IMG/VR virus record: IMGVR_UViG_3300008255_000321
Location: 1-31,915 of that record
Length of the DNA: 31,915 bases
From: a virus
Lineage: Duplodnaviria; Caudoviricetes
Reading direction: 5' to 3' (one strand)
Shown here: positions 6,999-15,429 of the stretch, in pieces
Layout: every line of letters starts with the position of its first letter
Numbering within the stretch: the first letter of the stretch is position 1
Translations under genes and position numbers: made by a program
Notes under the pieces: model-generated
Seen by the model: the letters and a program-made list of their open reading frames with translations, nothing else
The model's database searches: none
Told to the model about the DNA's origin: nothing

Positions 6999-9605
6999 TC
7001 AGGTGCCGTCAAACGCGGCGCGGGCGGTGGCCGAGTAGGCAATGACTGAGGTCAGCCGGTCGCGGATCGGGGTCGGCACCTTGAGGCCCACATACTGCTC
7101 GCCGTAGGCAATGCGTTTGCCGGTGGGGCGCCCGCTGGCGCCGACTGCCTCAAACGTGGGGCCGATCATCCAGGGTTTGGCGATGGTGAGTCCCAGCGTG
7201 CCGCGGGGGCCCATCAAAATACGCGAAACACCCAGGTCAATGCCGGCAGCATCGGTGCCATAGGCGGCGATCATCTTGATGCGCTGCAGGTCGCCAGCGG
7301 CGTCGGTGTCGGCGCCGTTGCGGGCGGCCTGTGCGGTGAAGGTCTCAGCATTGCTGGCTTTGTCGTTAAGAACAGAGCTCATTAACAAAAAGTCGGCTTT
7401 AACAAAGCGCTCGGACTTTAAAATTGCCTGGCGGGCGCCGACCGCTTCCAGCAGGCCGTTAAGGTGCTGGGCGTTGGTCAGACCGGCGGCAATGTCCAGA
7501 TCAAACTTGACCACGTTGGTGGCGTAGCTGTAGCTGATGGTGTTCACGCCGGTGTCGACCGGGGTAACCGCCACGCCCAGCTCACTGACCAGCTGGATAT
7601 AGCCCATGTTGTAGTCGGTCACTCGGTAATAGGTGCCCGCCGACTGGGTGTTGGAGCCGTCGTAAGGGGTGATCGCCACGCCATTCAGGGTCAGCGTAAT
7701 CGGGTTTTCTGCTGAGCCGACGTTGGTGCCCTGCAGATCTTTTTCCTGATGCGGGCGCACCAACGGGAAGTTGGCCAGTTTGATGGTGTGGGTGCCGCCA
7801 CCAAGCTGGGCATCAAACGCCTCGGCGCTGACCGCCACCGCGCCGTAAGCATCTGCGCTGCGCTGGTATTCGTTGGCCAGCCGGGCTGCGGTAAGCTCGG
7901 CCATGACCCGGCCGTTAGATTCCACGTTGCGCGCCCAGGCATCCCAGTTAATGCCGCTGGCGGCGGAAAAATGCACCACCTCGTTACTGAGGTTCATGCT
8001 GATTTTCATGGGGTTGATATACGCCAGGTCCATTGCCTGGGTAATGCCCGCCGGGGGAATTTCAGCCCCCTCATAGACAATGCCCTGGTTAACTACCTGG
8101 CTGGTGTCGCGCAGCTCATAAGGGATCTGGGTGGTCGCCGTGGAGCTGGGGTCCACGGTAGCGTTAACCAGCTGCATGATGTTGAGGTCGGCCAGCGACT
8201 CACGAATCACCGTGCGCTGAAACCCCACCGGCAGGTTGGTGTTACTGATTACCACTTCACCACCGGCGAGCATGATCGATTCTCTGTACAGCGCTGCCGC
8301 ATTAACCCGGTCAAATTCAGCCAGCAAAACACTGCCGAAGCTGTCCGCTGACGGCTCGGCAAGTTTGATTTTGCCCAGGCGGTAGTTGGCGGATTTTTTC
8401 AGGGATTCGTCGATCTGTGCCTGCATTTTGGTCACGGCATCGGCGTCGGTCTGGGTTAGTCGCACCACGCCGCCGGGGGCGCCGTAGCCCTGGGCCTGCA
8501 GTTTCGCCGCCACCACCAGGCTGTCGGCCAGTTTAATGGCGCTCGCGGCCATGGCGTCGACCGTGGCATCGGTGTGGGCGGCGGTAATGGTTTCACCCAG
8601 GGCGATGATTTCATTACGCTGGGTTTCGTTGAGCGATTTCATGCCTTCGTGTTTGTCGAGGGCATCGGTAAAGCGTTTGCGCTGGGTGGTCTCGCCGGCG
8701 GCCGCCAGTCGCAGCGCCTCGGCAGCAGCGGCCTGCTGGGCGGCCAGTTGTTTTTTAACAATGTCGCTAATCTGGTCGGCAGATAGCTGGACCGGGGCAG
8801 GGTCGCTGGCGGGGGGCGTTGCCGCCAGCTTGATTTGCTCGGCAGCGGTGCCCGCCAGGGTGATCACGTTTTCGGTGATTAGCCTGGCAGCGGCGTCGTC
8901 GGAAGTGTCGCCAAATGCCTGCTCCCAACTGAGCTTAAACCCCGCCACCATTGGCTCGGGGAGTTTCAGGCCAGCAAGGGCAGATAATAAAATGGCCAGG
9001 TATTTTTCTTTCATTTCGACGATCTCCGTGGTGAGCTGTCGGGCAAGTAAAGGGGTTAGTGCAATGTGGCGGTTGTCCTGGGTGGTGGCGGATAACTGCA
9101 AGGGGCTGGGGTCGATGGCGTCCAGGTTTTTTACCCGGGGGCGGGTGGTGATGGCGGCGCCCTGAAGCAGTGGACCGTGTTTCTTGCCGGTCTCGGGGTC
9201 TTTGTAGTTAGGGTGGAAGTCCGCGCTAAAGTAGCGAAAGCCTTTTTTGGTGACTGCTTCGCGGCCGAATTCGGTCCACTCAATGCGCCCGCGCAGGCGG
9301 CCGTTGTCCAGTGTTAATTCGCGAATAAACCCGGCGCTGCCGCCGCTAAAATCGTGAGAAATATCGATCGATAAGTCCTGACCAAAGGTGTTCGCCTTGA
9401 AGTTGTCGACCATGGTTTGCAGCATGGCGTCGGTGATTTCAACCTCGCCGTAGTAGTCATCGTCAAACTTAACAGTGCGGGTGATGGTCTCCCACGTTTC
9501 TACGGTGTCGGCGTCCATCAACGAAACCCGCTCGCCCATCAGCAGCAGGCTTTCGCCGCTGACGCCGGCCTCTAGCTGGATGGTGAACTGTGCGCCTGGT
9601 TTCAT
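6999..9605 (-). CDS. Fused prohead protease (Mu gpI-like) / scaffold / major capsid protein
   Basis: N-terminal IDISH...AGFIREL...IEWTEFG...FRYFSADF...GAAITTRP (Mu gpI-type protease); Ala/Gln-rich helical middle; C-terminal capsid-like region (IVYEGAEIP, NLSNEV, AYGEQY); no other capsid-sized ORF nearby. Confidence 0.8.
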   Translation of the reverse strand: MKPGAQFTIQLEAGVSGESLLLMGERVSLMDADTVETWETITRTVKFDDDYYGEVEITDAMLQTMVDNFKANTFGQDLSIDISHDFSGGSAGFIRELTLDNGRLRGRIEWTEFGREAVTKKGFRYFSADFHPNYKDPETGKKHGPLLQGAAITTRPRVKNLDAIDPSPLQLSATTQDNRHIALTPLLARQLTTEIVEMKEKYLAILLSALAGLKLPEPMVAGFKLSWEQAFGDTSDDAAARLITENVITLAGTAAEQIKLAATPPASDPAPVQLSADQISDIVKKQLAAQQAAAAEALRLAAAGETTQRKRFTDALDKHEGMKSLNETQRNEIIALGETITAAHTDATVDAMAASAIKLADSLVVAAKLQAQGYGAPGGVVRLTQTDADAVTKMQAQIDESLKKSANYRLGKIKLAEPSADSFGSVLLAEFDRVNAAALYRESIMLAGGEVVISNTNLPVGFQRTVIRESLADLNIMQLVNATVDPSSTATTQIPYELRDTSQVVNQGIVYEGAEIPPAGITQAMDLAYINPMKISMNLSNEVVHFSAASGINWDAWARNVESNGRVMAELTAARLANEYQRSADAYGAVAVSAEAFDAQLGGGTHTIKLANFPLVRPHQEKDLQGTNVGSAENPITLTLNGVAITPYDGSNTQSAGTYYRVTDYNMGYIQLVSELGVAVTPVDTGVNTISYSYATNVVKFDLDIAAGLTNAQHLNGLLEAVGARQAILKSERFVKADFLLMSSVLNDKASNAETFTAQAARNGADTDAAGDLQRIKMIAAYGTDAAGIDLGVSRILMGPRGTLGLTIAKPWMIGPTFEAVGASGRPTGKRIAYGEQYVGLKVPTPIRDRLTSVIAYSATARAAFDGT

Positions 9606-9625
9606 AAACCGCTCGCCCTGAAACG

Positions 9626-9659
9626 AAAAAAGCCTGGCACCCGTGAAGGTGTCCGGCTT
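9626..9659 (-). terminator. Hairpin + U6 leader/terminator, copy 2 (20 nt upstream of protease-capsid ATG)
   Basis: Minus strand AAGCCGGACACC-TTCACG-GGTGCCAGGCTT followed by Ts; 32/34 identical to 1116-1149. Confidence 0.75.
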
Positions 9660-9684
9660 TAAATAAACTGCCTTTATTGGCGCT

Positions 9685-9712
9685 ATTCTGGCCTATGTGG
9701 TTGTTGTGTCAA
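9685..9712 (-). promoter_or_regulatory. Sigma70-like promoter candidate upstream of the capsid leader
   Basis: TTGACA-16 bp-CAGAAT on the minus strand; the -35 overlaps the stop codon of the Zn-ribbon gene. Confidence 0.55.
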
Positions 9713-9933
9713 GTCTTTTGTTGTGGGTCGACCTGCTGGCAAAAATAGAGCGGCAGCATAACCCAGTGCATGCACTGGCATTTGGCCGCCGCCTGGCCGC
9801 TGGACATTACCTTGATTATCCGGTTTCGCACCACGTCGCCGTAGAACACTTTGCGGCGGCATTGCGGGCAGGTGACCCGCTGGGGGGTTAGTGTCGCCGG
9901 GGTGACCGGGGGGGTTAACTCTGGGCGGTTCAC
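9709..9933 (-). CDS. Small Zn-ribbon protein (Mu Com-like regulator candidate)
   Basis: VTCPQCRRKVF...AKCQCMHW: two Cys knuckles in a 74-aa basic protein between minor head and protease genes. Confidence 0.6.
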   Translation of the reverse strand: MNRPELTPPVTPATLTPQRVTCPQCRRKVFYGDVVRNRIIKVMSSGQAAAKCQCMHWVMLPLYFCQQVDPQQKT

Positions 9934-11015
9934 GGCGCGAACTGGGTTACATCAACCCCCTGGCGGGTGAGTCGTTTTTTCAGGGTTTTCCAGCGGGTGG
10001 CAATACTGCGCTCGCCGACGTGCCCGGCTAAAAAGGCCGCTCTCTTCTGTACTCCCCCAAGCACTGCTGCCTGGGTGGGGCCGTCCTGGCCGCGCAACCA
10101 GTCGATGCGGTCGGTCTTGCCGGCGCGATCGTCGGCGCTGATTTCGTCGGCAAAGACTACCTCGACAAAGCTGATGGTGTTGGGATGGGCTGGCCAGGGG
10201 TTGCGGTCGCGCGGGTAGACCCCTGGCCCCAGCCCGTAGCGGTTAACGCTGGCGTGCATGTCGCAAATGTCCGGCCGCGGGTGGCGCGGCGACAGCAAAA
10301 ACCGGGTGGCGACAACGTCGGACAGTTCAAATGCGGCCGCCATGTAGCCCTCGCCGTGGGCGCGGTTTAGCTCGGTGCGCATGACCCGCTGCACTTTTGC
10401 CCGGGCGCTGTCCGGGCTTTTGGTGAGGGGGTCGACGGCCTGTCTGGCGATGACATCAGCGGCGGCCTGGCGCTCTTTGCCATGCAGGTTGGCGGGCACT
10501 GGTTCCCCCCGGCGCAGAAAGTCTGCCGTGGCTTCGCTGGCGGAGTTGCCCTGCACAATGGCCCGGTTAATGACCTGAATTACCTCGTCGGCGGCGCCGC
10601 TGTCGATGTTCCAGAGTCGGTCCGATAGCTGCAGGCCCTCGGCGTCTACAAACAGGGTTATCTGGCGCACGGTCTCGTTGGCCAGCTGCTGGGGGTCGGC
10701 GAAAATCACCGGTGAGAACACGGCGCCCCCCTCTTTGGCGGCCTGGGTCATGCCGGTAGTTAATGCCTGGTCGCGTTGTGCGGACAGGTCGCGCAGGCGC
10801 TGCTCTATTTGCAGCTTTAACCCCTGCAACTGCTGCAGGCGAACAATGCCCAGGGTGTCAGCTTGCGACCGAATCAGGGCCTGGATGTCTTCGCCCGCCT
10901 GGCGGTAAATCTCGGTAATGCGCGCCAGATAAAAAGCATCGGTTCTGCTGTGCTGGTCCCGCGCCTGTTTGGCGGCACGTTTGATCTGGGCTTTTATCTG
11001 GGCTGGGGTCGCCAT
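9930..11015 (-). CDS. Minor head/head morphogenesis protein (SPP1 gp7/Mu gpF-like)
   Basis: LSDRLW, RVMRTELNRAH, DICDMHA and PAHPNT motifs; position after the portal. Confidence 0.8.
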   Translation of the reverse strand: MATPAQIKAQIKRAAKQARDQHSRTDAFYLARITEIYRQAGEDIQALIRSQADTLGIVRLQQLQGLKLQIEQRLRDLSAQRDQALTTGMTQAAKEGGAVFSPVIFADPQQLANETVRQITLFVDAEGLQLSDRLWNIDSGAADEVIQVINRAIVQGNSASEATADFLRRGEPVPANLHGKERQAAADVIARQAVDPLTKSPDSARAKVQRVMRTELNRAHGEGYMAAAFELSDVVATRFLLSPRHPRPDICDMHASVNRYGLGPGVYPRDRNPWPAHPNTISFVEVVFADEISADDRAGKTDRIDWLRGQDGPTQAAVLGGVQKRAAFLAGHVGERSIATRWKTLKKRLTRQGVDVTQFAP

Positions 11016-11021
11016 TATGGG

Positions 11022-11507
11022 TTATGCCCGCCTGGTCACGGGGTGGTGATATGCCATCGCTTTAATGTCAGCAGTTGGGCGGCTGATGCTTTCCGTGATG
11101 GGACATGCGGGCCCGGGCGGGGCGGCTGGGCCGGTCAAAAAAACCGTGATGCGCGGCTGGGTCGCGGCCACGGTGCCGCACAGGATGGGAATAAATCGCC
11201 GGGATACAGGGGTCTCGATAATCAGCAGCACGGCCGGGGGCTTGCCGGTCATGCGCCCGTAATGCAGTGACTGGCCGATGCTCTCGGCCCATTTGTTGGC
11301 AAAATCGACCTCCACGGCGTATTGGTCGGTGATGCAATCGACCCGGGTGCGATCAGGCAGCACCACCTCGGCCCGCCCGCTCTGGGCGTCACACCAGCGC
11401 TGCTGATAGTACTTTTCGTGATTTAGGCGTTTAGCGGCATGACTGACGGGAAGTGCAAACAGGGCAGCGAATAAAAAAGAAATGAGCAGCAGCTTAGTTA
11501 GTGACAT
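11022..11507 (-). CDS. Secreted protein with a PD-(D/E)XK-like motif
   Basis: Likely start ATG 11507 (MSLTKLLLISFLFAALFALPVSHA, signal peptide); EVVLPDRTRVDC...AVEVD...AESIGQSLHY. Confidence 0.65.
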   Translation of the reverse strand: MSLTKLLLISFLFAALFALPVSHAAKRLNHEKYYQQRWCDAQSGRAEVVLPDRTRVDCITDQYAVEVDFANKWAESIGQSLHYGRMTGKPPAVLLIIETPVSRRFIPILCGTVAATQPRITVFLTGPAAPPGPACPITESISRPTADIKAMAYHHPVTRRA

Positions 11508-12876
11508 GGGTGGCGCTCTCTTTTTTGGGGGCGTTGCCGGGGGTAATGCTAACCCGCTGGCGGGGGCGGTCCAGGTCTTCGTCATCTTCTTCGTGGTTGG
11601 GGTATGGGTCGCTGCTGGCTCGCTCTACCTTCCGGCGGGAAAGCTCGGTATCGGCATTTAGCCCGGCGGTCTCCCAGACGGTGCGCTGGCTGGCCCCTGT
11701 TGCCATGACTTTTAGCGCTCGGTCGGTGGCCTGGTTGGCGGTCTCGGTGCGGCGTTCGGCAAATTTAACGCACATGCCTGGCACGCTGTCGGGGTTGATG
11801 CCGTTGAGCAGCAGGTGCAGTTCAAACCCGGTCTGGTAGGCGGTGGATACGCAGTCCTGCAGGGCGTCGAGCTCGTCATAAAAGGCGGTGAGCAGGTCTT
11901 CGAGAATGTCCCGGTTCAGGCCATCGGTGTAGCCAAATATGGCTTTATCGCCGGGGCTGCCGGCAAAAAAGGCATCGAGCAGATAGAGAATGTCTTTGAT
12001 ATGGTCGAGGTTTTCGTCCCCCTGCACGGGAGTGACCGCGCCTTTGGTGTTCATGTAATAGTTGGTGGTGACTTCTTTCTGGTCGTCTTCGACCCTCTCC
12101 TTATATTCCTGCAACACTTCGTTGCTGGCTCCTTCGAGCACATGGGCGGTGCGCAGGGGGGCGCGCTCATTGCGGCGCACCACCAGGTCGGTCTCGGTCA
12201 TGCGCAGTTTAAGCAGGGTTTCGCGCACGGCATCGAGCCAGGGGCGGCCCATGGCGCCGTGGTCGTCGTAGTTTTCGGGGTCTAGCCGGCAAACGGTGAG
12301 TTGCCAGAGCGGAAACACGGCGATATCCCTGCCGCTGGTCGGGTCGAGCTGAGCATAAGCGGCGCTGGGGTCGGGGAAAACGCCGTTGTCGTCGGCCAGC
12401 GGCTTGATGGTCTCGGTGGGCATACGCACGCCGCGGACGACGTTTTTTTGTGCCGGGTCCAGCACCCATTGCAGGCACAAGTTCCCCTCCATTAACACGC
12501 TGCGGATATCGCTTTTTAGTTTGTCGCGTTTGTCCAGGTGGCAGGCGGCAACAAATTGCTTGAAAAGGCGCTGGATGCGGTCGTTGGTGTCGGTGGTGTG
12601 AAGTTTGATGCCGCCTTTTACCGCCATGGAGGCGGTCTTGCGGTGAATGGTCTTAACCCGCCCATCGACTTTGTCGAGCCGCCGCAGGTCGAGAATGGCC
12701 GCGCGCAGGGCTGGGTTTACATAAAGTCGCTGGTTAATCCGCCCGATGCGGGCTGTCTCTACCACGGTGCTGCCTTGCTGGGCACCGGCAGGTGTTTTGT
12801 CTGCCACCGCCGGGGGTGTTTTGCTGGAGACCGGCTTGCCCCCCAGGCGGTTAAGTAGGTCGGTAATAACGGCCAT
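11494..12876 (-). CDS. Portal protein
   Basis: 460 aa directly after the terminase; GNLCLQWV, GRPWLDAVRE...ETDLVVRR pattern; acidic C-terminal tail. Confidence 0.75.
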   Translation of the reverse strand: MAVITDLLNRLGGKPVSSKTPPAVADKTPAGAQQGSTVVETARIGRINQRLYVNPALRAAILDLRRLDKVDGRVKTIHRKTASMAVKGGIKLHTTDTNDRIQRLFKQFVAACHLDKRDKLKSDIRSVLMEGNLCLQWVLDPAQKNVVRGVRMPTETIKPLADDNGVFPDPSAAYAQLDPTSGRDIAVFPLWQLTVCRLDPENYDDHGAMGRPWLDAVRETLLKLRMTETDLVVRRNERAPLRTAHVLEGASNEVLQEYKERVEDDQKEVTTNYYMNTKGAVTPVQGDENLDHIKDILYLLDAFFAGSPGDKAIFGYTDGLNRDILEDLLTAFYDELDALQDCVSTAYQTGFELHLLLNGINPDSVPGMCVKFAERRTETANQATDRALKVMATGASQRTVWETAGLNADTELSRRKVERASSDPYPNHEEDDEDLDRPRQRVSITPGNAPKKESATHVTN

Positions 12877-14500
12877 GGCGAGTCCCTGAATGGTTGAGTT
12901 GATAAATCAATGCGTACAACTGCGCTGCGGCTATTTTTTTGGCAACCCCGGCGGTTACGTCTCTGCTGCCGATCAACACCTGGCTGGCGGCGGGCGCGGC
13001 GCCCCGGGTGGTGAGTGCCCAGACCGACGCCATGGCCGCATCAAACAGGTCGTCGCCGGTCTTTTTGTTGACCATCTTGTAGCTGCTGTAGCTGGCGCGG
13101 GTCGACTCTTGCTTGATGTTGCTCAGTTGGCGCACCAGCAGGCGCAGGTCAGCGGTGGACGGGTCGTCCAGGTCGAGGTCGTCCACATAGGGCAAGGCGG
13201 CCTGACCGTTGTGGTAAACACTGCGCAGGGCCGTGGCCATGCTGTGTTTGGTCATGCCCTCAAAACGGATCGGAGCAAACGGCCATTCGGGCCAGGTGCT
13301 GGCGGTGCTGTCGCCATCGCCAATGGTGCGCCGATCGATGCTGGTTAATCCCTCGCTAAAAAGTTCGTCATTTAACTGGGTAAGCATGCCCACGCCGTAG
13401 GCATCCCCCATGGCGTAATCGGGGCGAAAATACTGCCAAAACCCTTTTATATCGCGCTTGACCACCTGGTCATCTGCCCCGGGCCGCCAGGTTTTGGCAA
13501 AAATAAAGCAGGTGAAGTTACCGATCTGCTCGGTGACTACCAGGGCGTGGCGGCTGGCCTCCGGGCTCTCGCCGTGGCCGCTGGCGTCATAACCAAACGC
13601 TATTAGTCCGCGTTTTTGCCAGGACTCGCCCGGCAGGGGGTCGGCTAGCTGGATGTTGGCTTTGAGCCCAACGTGCATGGCCTGGCGAATGTGTTTTTCC
13701 CAGATCAGGTTGCGGGCGCTGATGTTGCGGCACAACAACTGGCGAATATATTCGTCTGGCGACAGCTGGGAGGTCATATCATCCATAAATGCCTTGTTGA
13801 TAATGCCCATTTCAATGCCCAGGTGGACATTAACCACCGGCAGGACGTGATAGAGACCGTCAGCCACCATTTGCCCGAGAGTGTCGGCGCCCTTAAACAC
13901 GCCGGTGATGCGGATTTGCGGCTTGTTTTCGCTGCTGGCTGATGCCCCTAGCCGCCGGGTGCTGCCCATCATCAGCAAAAAGCGGCTATAGAGCCGGTCA
14001 GCGGGCATGTCGTCGACTTCCTCCAGGCTGGCAGCGGTCAGGTCGCCGCCATCGACGTTGGCCATAATCCCGTAAGCCTCGGCCCGGCTGCGGTTGGCGA
14101 ATTGGTAGTAGGTGTCGGCGATTTGCCGCCGCCCGGACTTGTAGCCGACAAAGGCGGTCAGGGCCTCGCTGCGGCGGATGGCATCGAGGTGGTAATCAAG
14201 GTTGACTCGGGCCTGGGCCTCTCGCGGCGCCACCACCCCCAGGGACTGGTCGGCGTGAGTGGCGCCGTACTCCAGCAAGTAAAGCTCTTTGCCGGCGGTT
14301 TTCCCCGTGCGCCGACAGGAAAAATCCAGCGAATTCGGGTGCTGGTCCATTTCCAGCATCTTTAGCACCTGCACCGGGTCAAGGTCGACGTTGTGAATGT
14401 GCTTGTGCCACAGGGCGTGGTCGCCGGCGTAGCGCATAACTTCACGCTCGGCGACCTGCTGTAACCGGACTCGCTGCGGGGCACTAATGCGCTGCTGCAT
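12851..14500 (-). CDS. Terminase large subunit
   Basis: Walker A-like CRRTGKT, Walker B LEEVDD, RNase H-like FGYDASG, GDAYGVG and GDDLFDA. Confidence 0.85.
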   Translation of the reverse strand: MQQRISAPQRVRLQQVAEREVMRYAGDHALWHKHIHNVDLDPVQVLKMLEMDQHPNSLDFSCRRTGKTAGKELYLLEYGATHADQSLGVVAPREAQARVNLDYHLDAIRRSEALTAFVGYKSGRRQIADTYYQFANRSRAEAYGIMANVDGGDLTAASLEEVDDMPADRLYSRFLLMMGSTRRLGASASSENKPQIRITGVFKGADTLGQMVADGLYHVLPVVNVHLGIEMGIINKAFMDDMTSQLSPDEYIRQLLCRNISARNLIWEKHIRQAMHVGLKANIQLADPLPGESWQKRGLIAFGYDASGHGESPEASRHALVVTEQIGNFTCFIFAKTWRPGADDQVVKRDIKGFWQYFRPDYAMGDAYGVGMLTQLNDELFSEGLTSIDRRTIGDGDSTASTWPEWPFAPIRFEGMTKHSMATALRSVYHNGQAALPYVDDLDLDDPSTADLRLLVRQLSNIKQESTRASYSSYKMVNKKTGDDLFDAAMASVWALTTRGAAPAASQVLIGSRDVTAGVAKKIAAAQLYALIYQLNHSGTRHGRYYRPT

Positions 14501-15429
14501 TAGCCACCACCCTCGCTGTGCTCAATTAAAATCGGGTCGCGGCGGGTTTGGGTCTGGCTGCGCTCGATCATCTGTTGCACTTTTTCCAGCGCGGCGGTCT
14601 GGCGCTGCTGAAATTCCATCAGGTCGGCTTTGTCGTCTTCCTCTGCGTCTAAATATCCGCTCAACAGCTCGCCATCCTGTTGGCCTTTCGGGGTCATGTT
14701 TAGATCCGCCAGGGTCATGTGATTTTTAGCTAGAAAATCAGCCAAAATCCGCAGCAAAGGGTTGGCCGTGTGCTCCATTACCGGGTACAGCACCCCGTCG
14801 GGTCCGTGGGTTTCAACGAAATGGATCCCGCCTTCCTTGTCGCCATGCCAAACGGGGGCATCAAACTGCACCCCGTTGGCGGCAATCGAGCGGATCATCT
14901 CGCTGATAATCGATAGCACTCCGGCCTGGTGATCAGCCATGATGCTGGTGAGCATCCCAGGGTTGCCGGTTTCGTGGGCAACCTGCACCTTTAAAAACAG
15001 GTCCAGCCGCGACAAACATGCCCGAGCAGGGACGCAATCGCGGTTTTCCAGGTACTGACAGCCAGCGCACTGCTCATAACCGCCAGGGCGGGGCGGGAAA
15101 TAACTCGCAGTCGACGCATAGGCCCCGTGCTTTAGGGCATTAAACCGGGTTAGCTGCGCCTCTTCCGGGGTCGGGTGCCCCTCCAGATTCGCCGCCGATG
15201 CAGCCTTGCCCGCCTCTGTCTTCGGCCCAGTCGCATAGAAATTAGCCTTGAGACGGTTAATCTCCCAGTAAACCTGCGGCGTTTCGGGGTTCCCACAATC
15301 AGGACATACGGTAAAATAACTGAACGGGTGCCAGTGCTTTTCCGGGCAGTCAACAACCTCCGCAGGCTCCGCCTCGAATCGCGCGCCACAATCACATTTA
15401 AAATTGACTAAATTCAAATGCCCCATCAA
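14500..15429 (-). CDS. Terminase small subunit candidate with Cys knuckles
   Basis: Immediately upstream of terL; TGPKTEAGKAASAAN and NALKHG motifs; C-terminal LADLNMTPK; CDC, CPDC and CAGC knuckles. Confidence 0.6.
   Translation of the reverse strand: MMGHLNLVNFKCDCGARFEAEPAEVVDCPEKHWHPFSYFTVCPDCGNPETPQVYWEINRLKANFYATGPKTEAGKAASAANLEGHPTPEEAQLTRFNALKHGAYASTASYFPPRPGGYEQCAGCQYLENRDCVPARACLSRLDLFLKVQVAHETGNPGMLTSIMADHQAGVLSIISEMIRSIAANGVQFDAPVWHGDKEGGIHFVETHGPDGVLYPVMEHTANPLLRILADFLAKNHMTLADLNMTPKGQQDGELLSGYLDAEEDDKADLMEFQQRQTAALEKVQQMIERSQTQTRRDPILIEHSEGGG

Noticed and set aside
6999-11015. Mu-like transposable phage
   Set aside because: Head genes are Mu-like, but no DDE transposase or MuB ATPase is present; replication and recombination genes are of other types
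12851-12945. Odd terL C-terminal extension overlapping the portal start
   Set aside because: One fewer A in the A7 run (T7 at 12934-12940) would give an earlier TAG; likely a neutral or assembly homopolymer difference and not interpretable without reads
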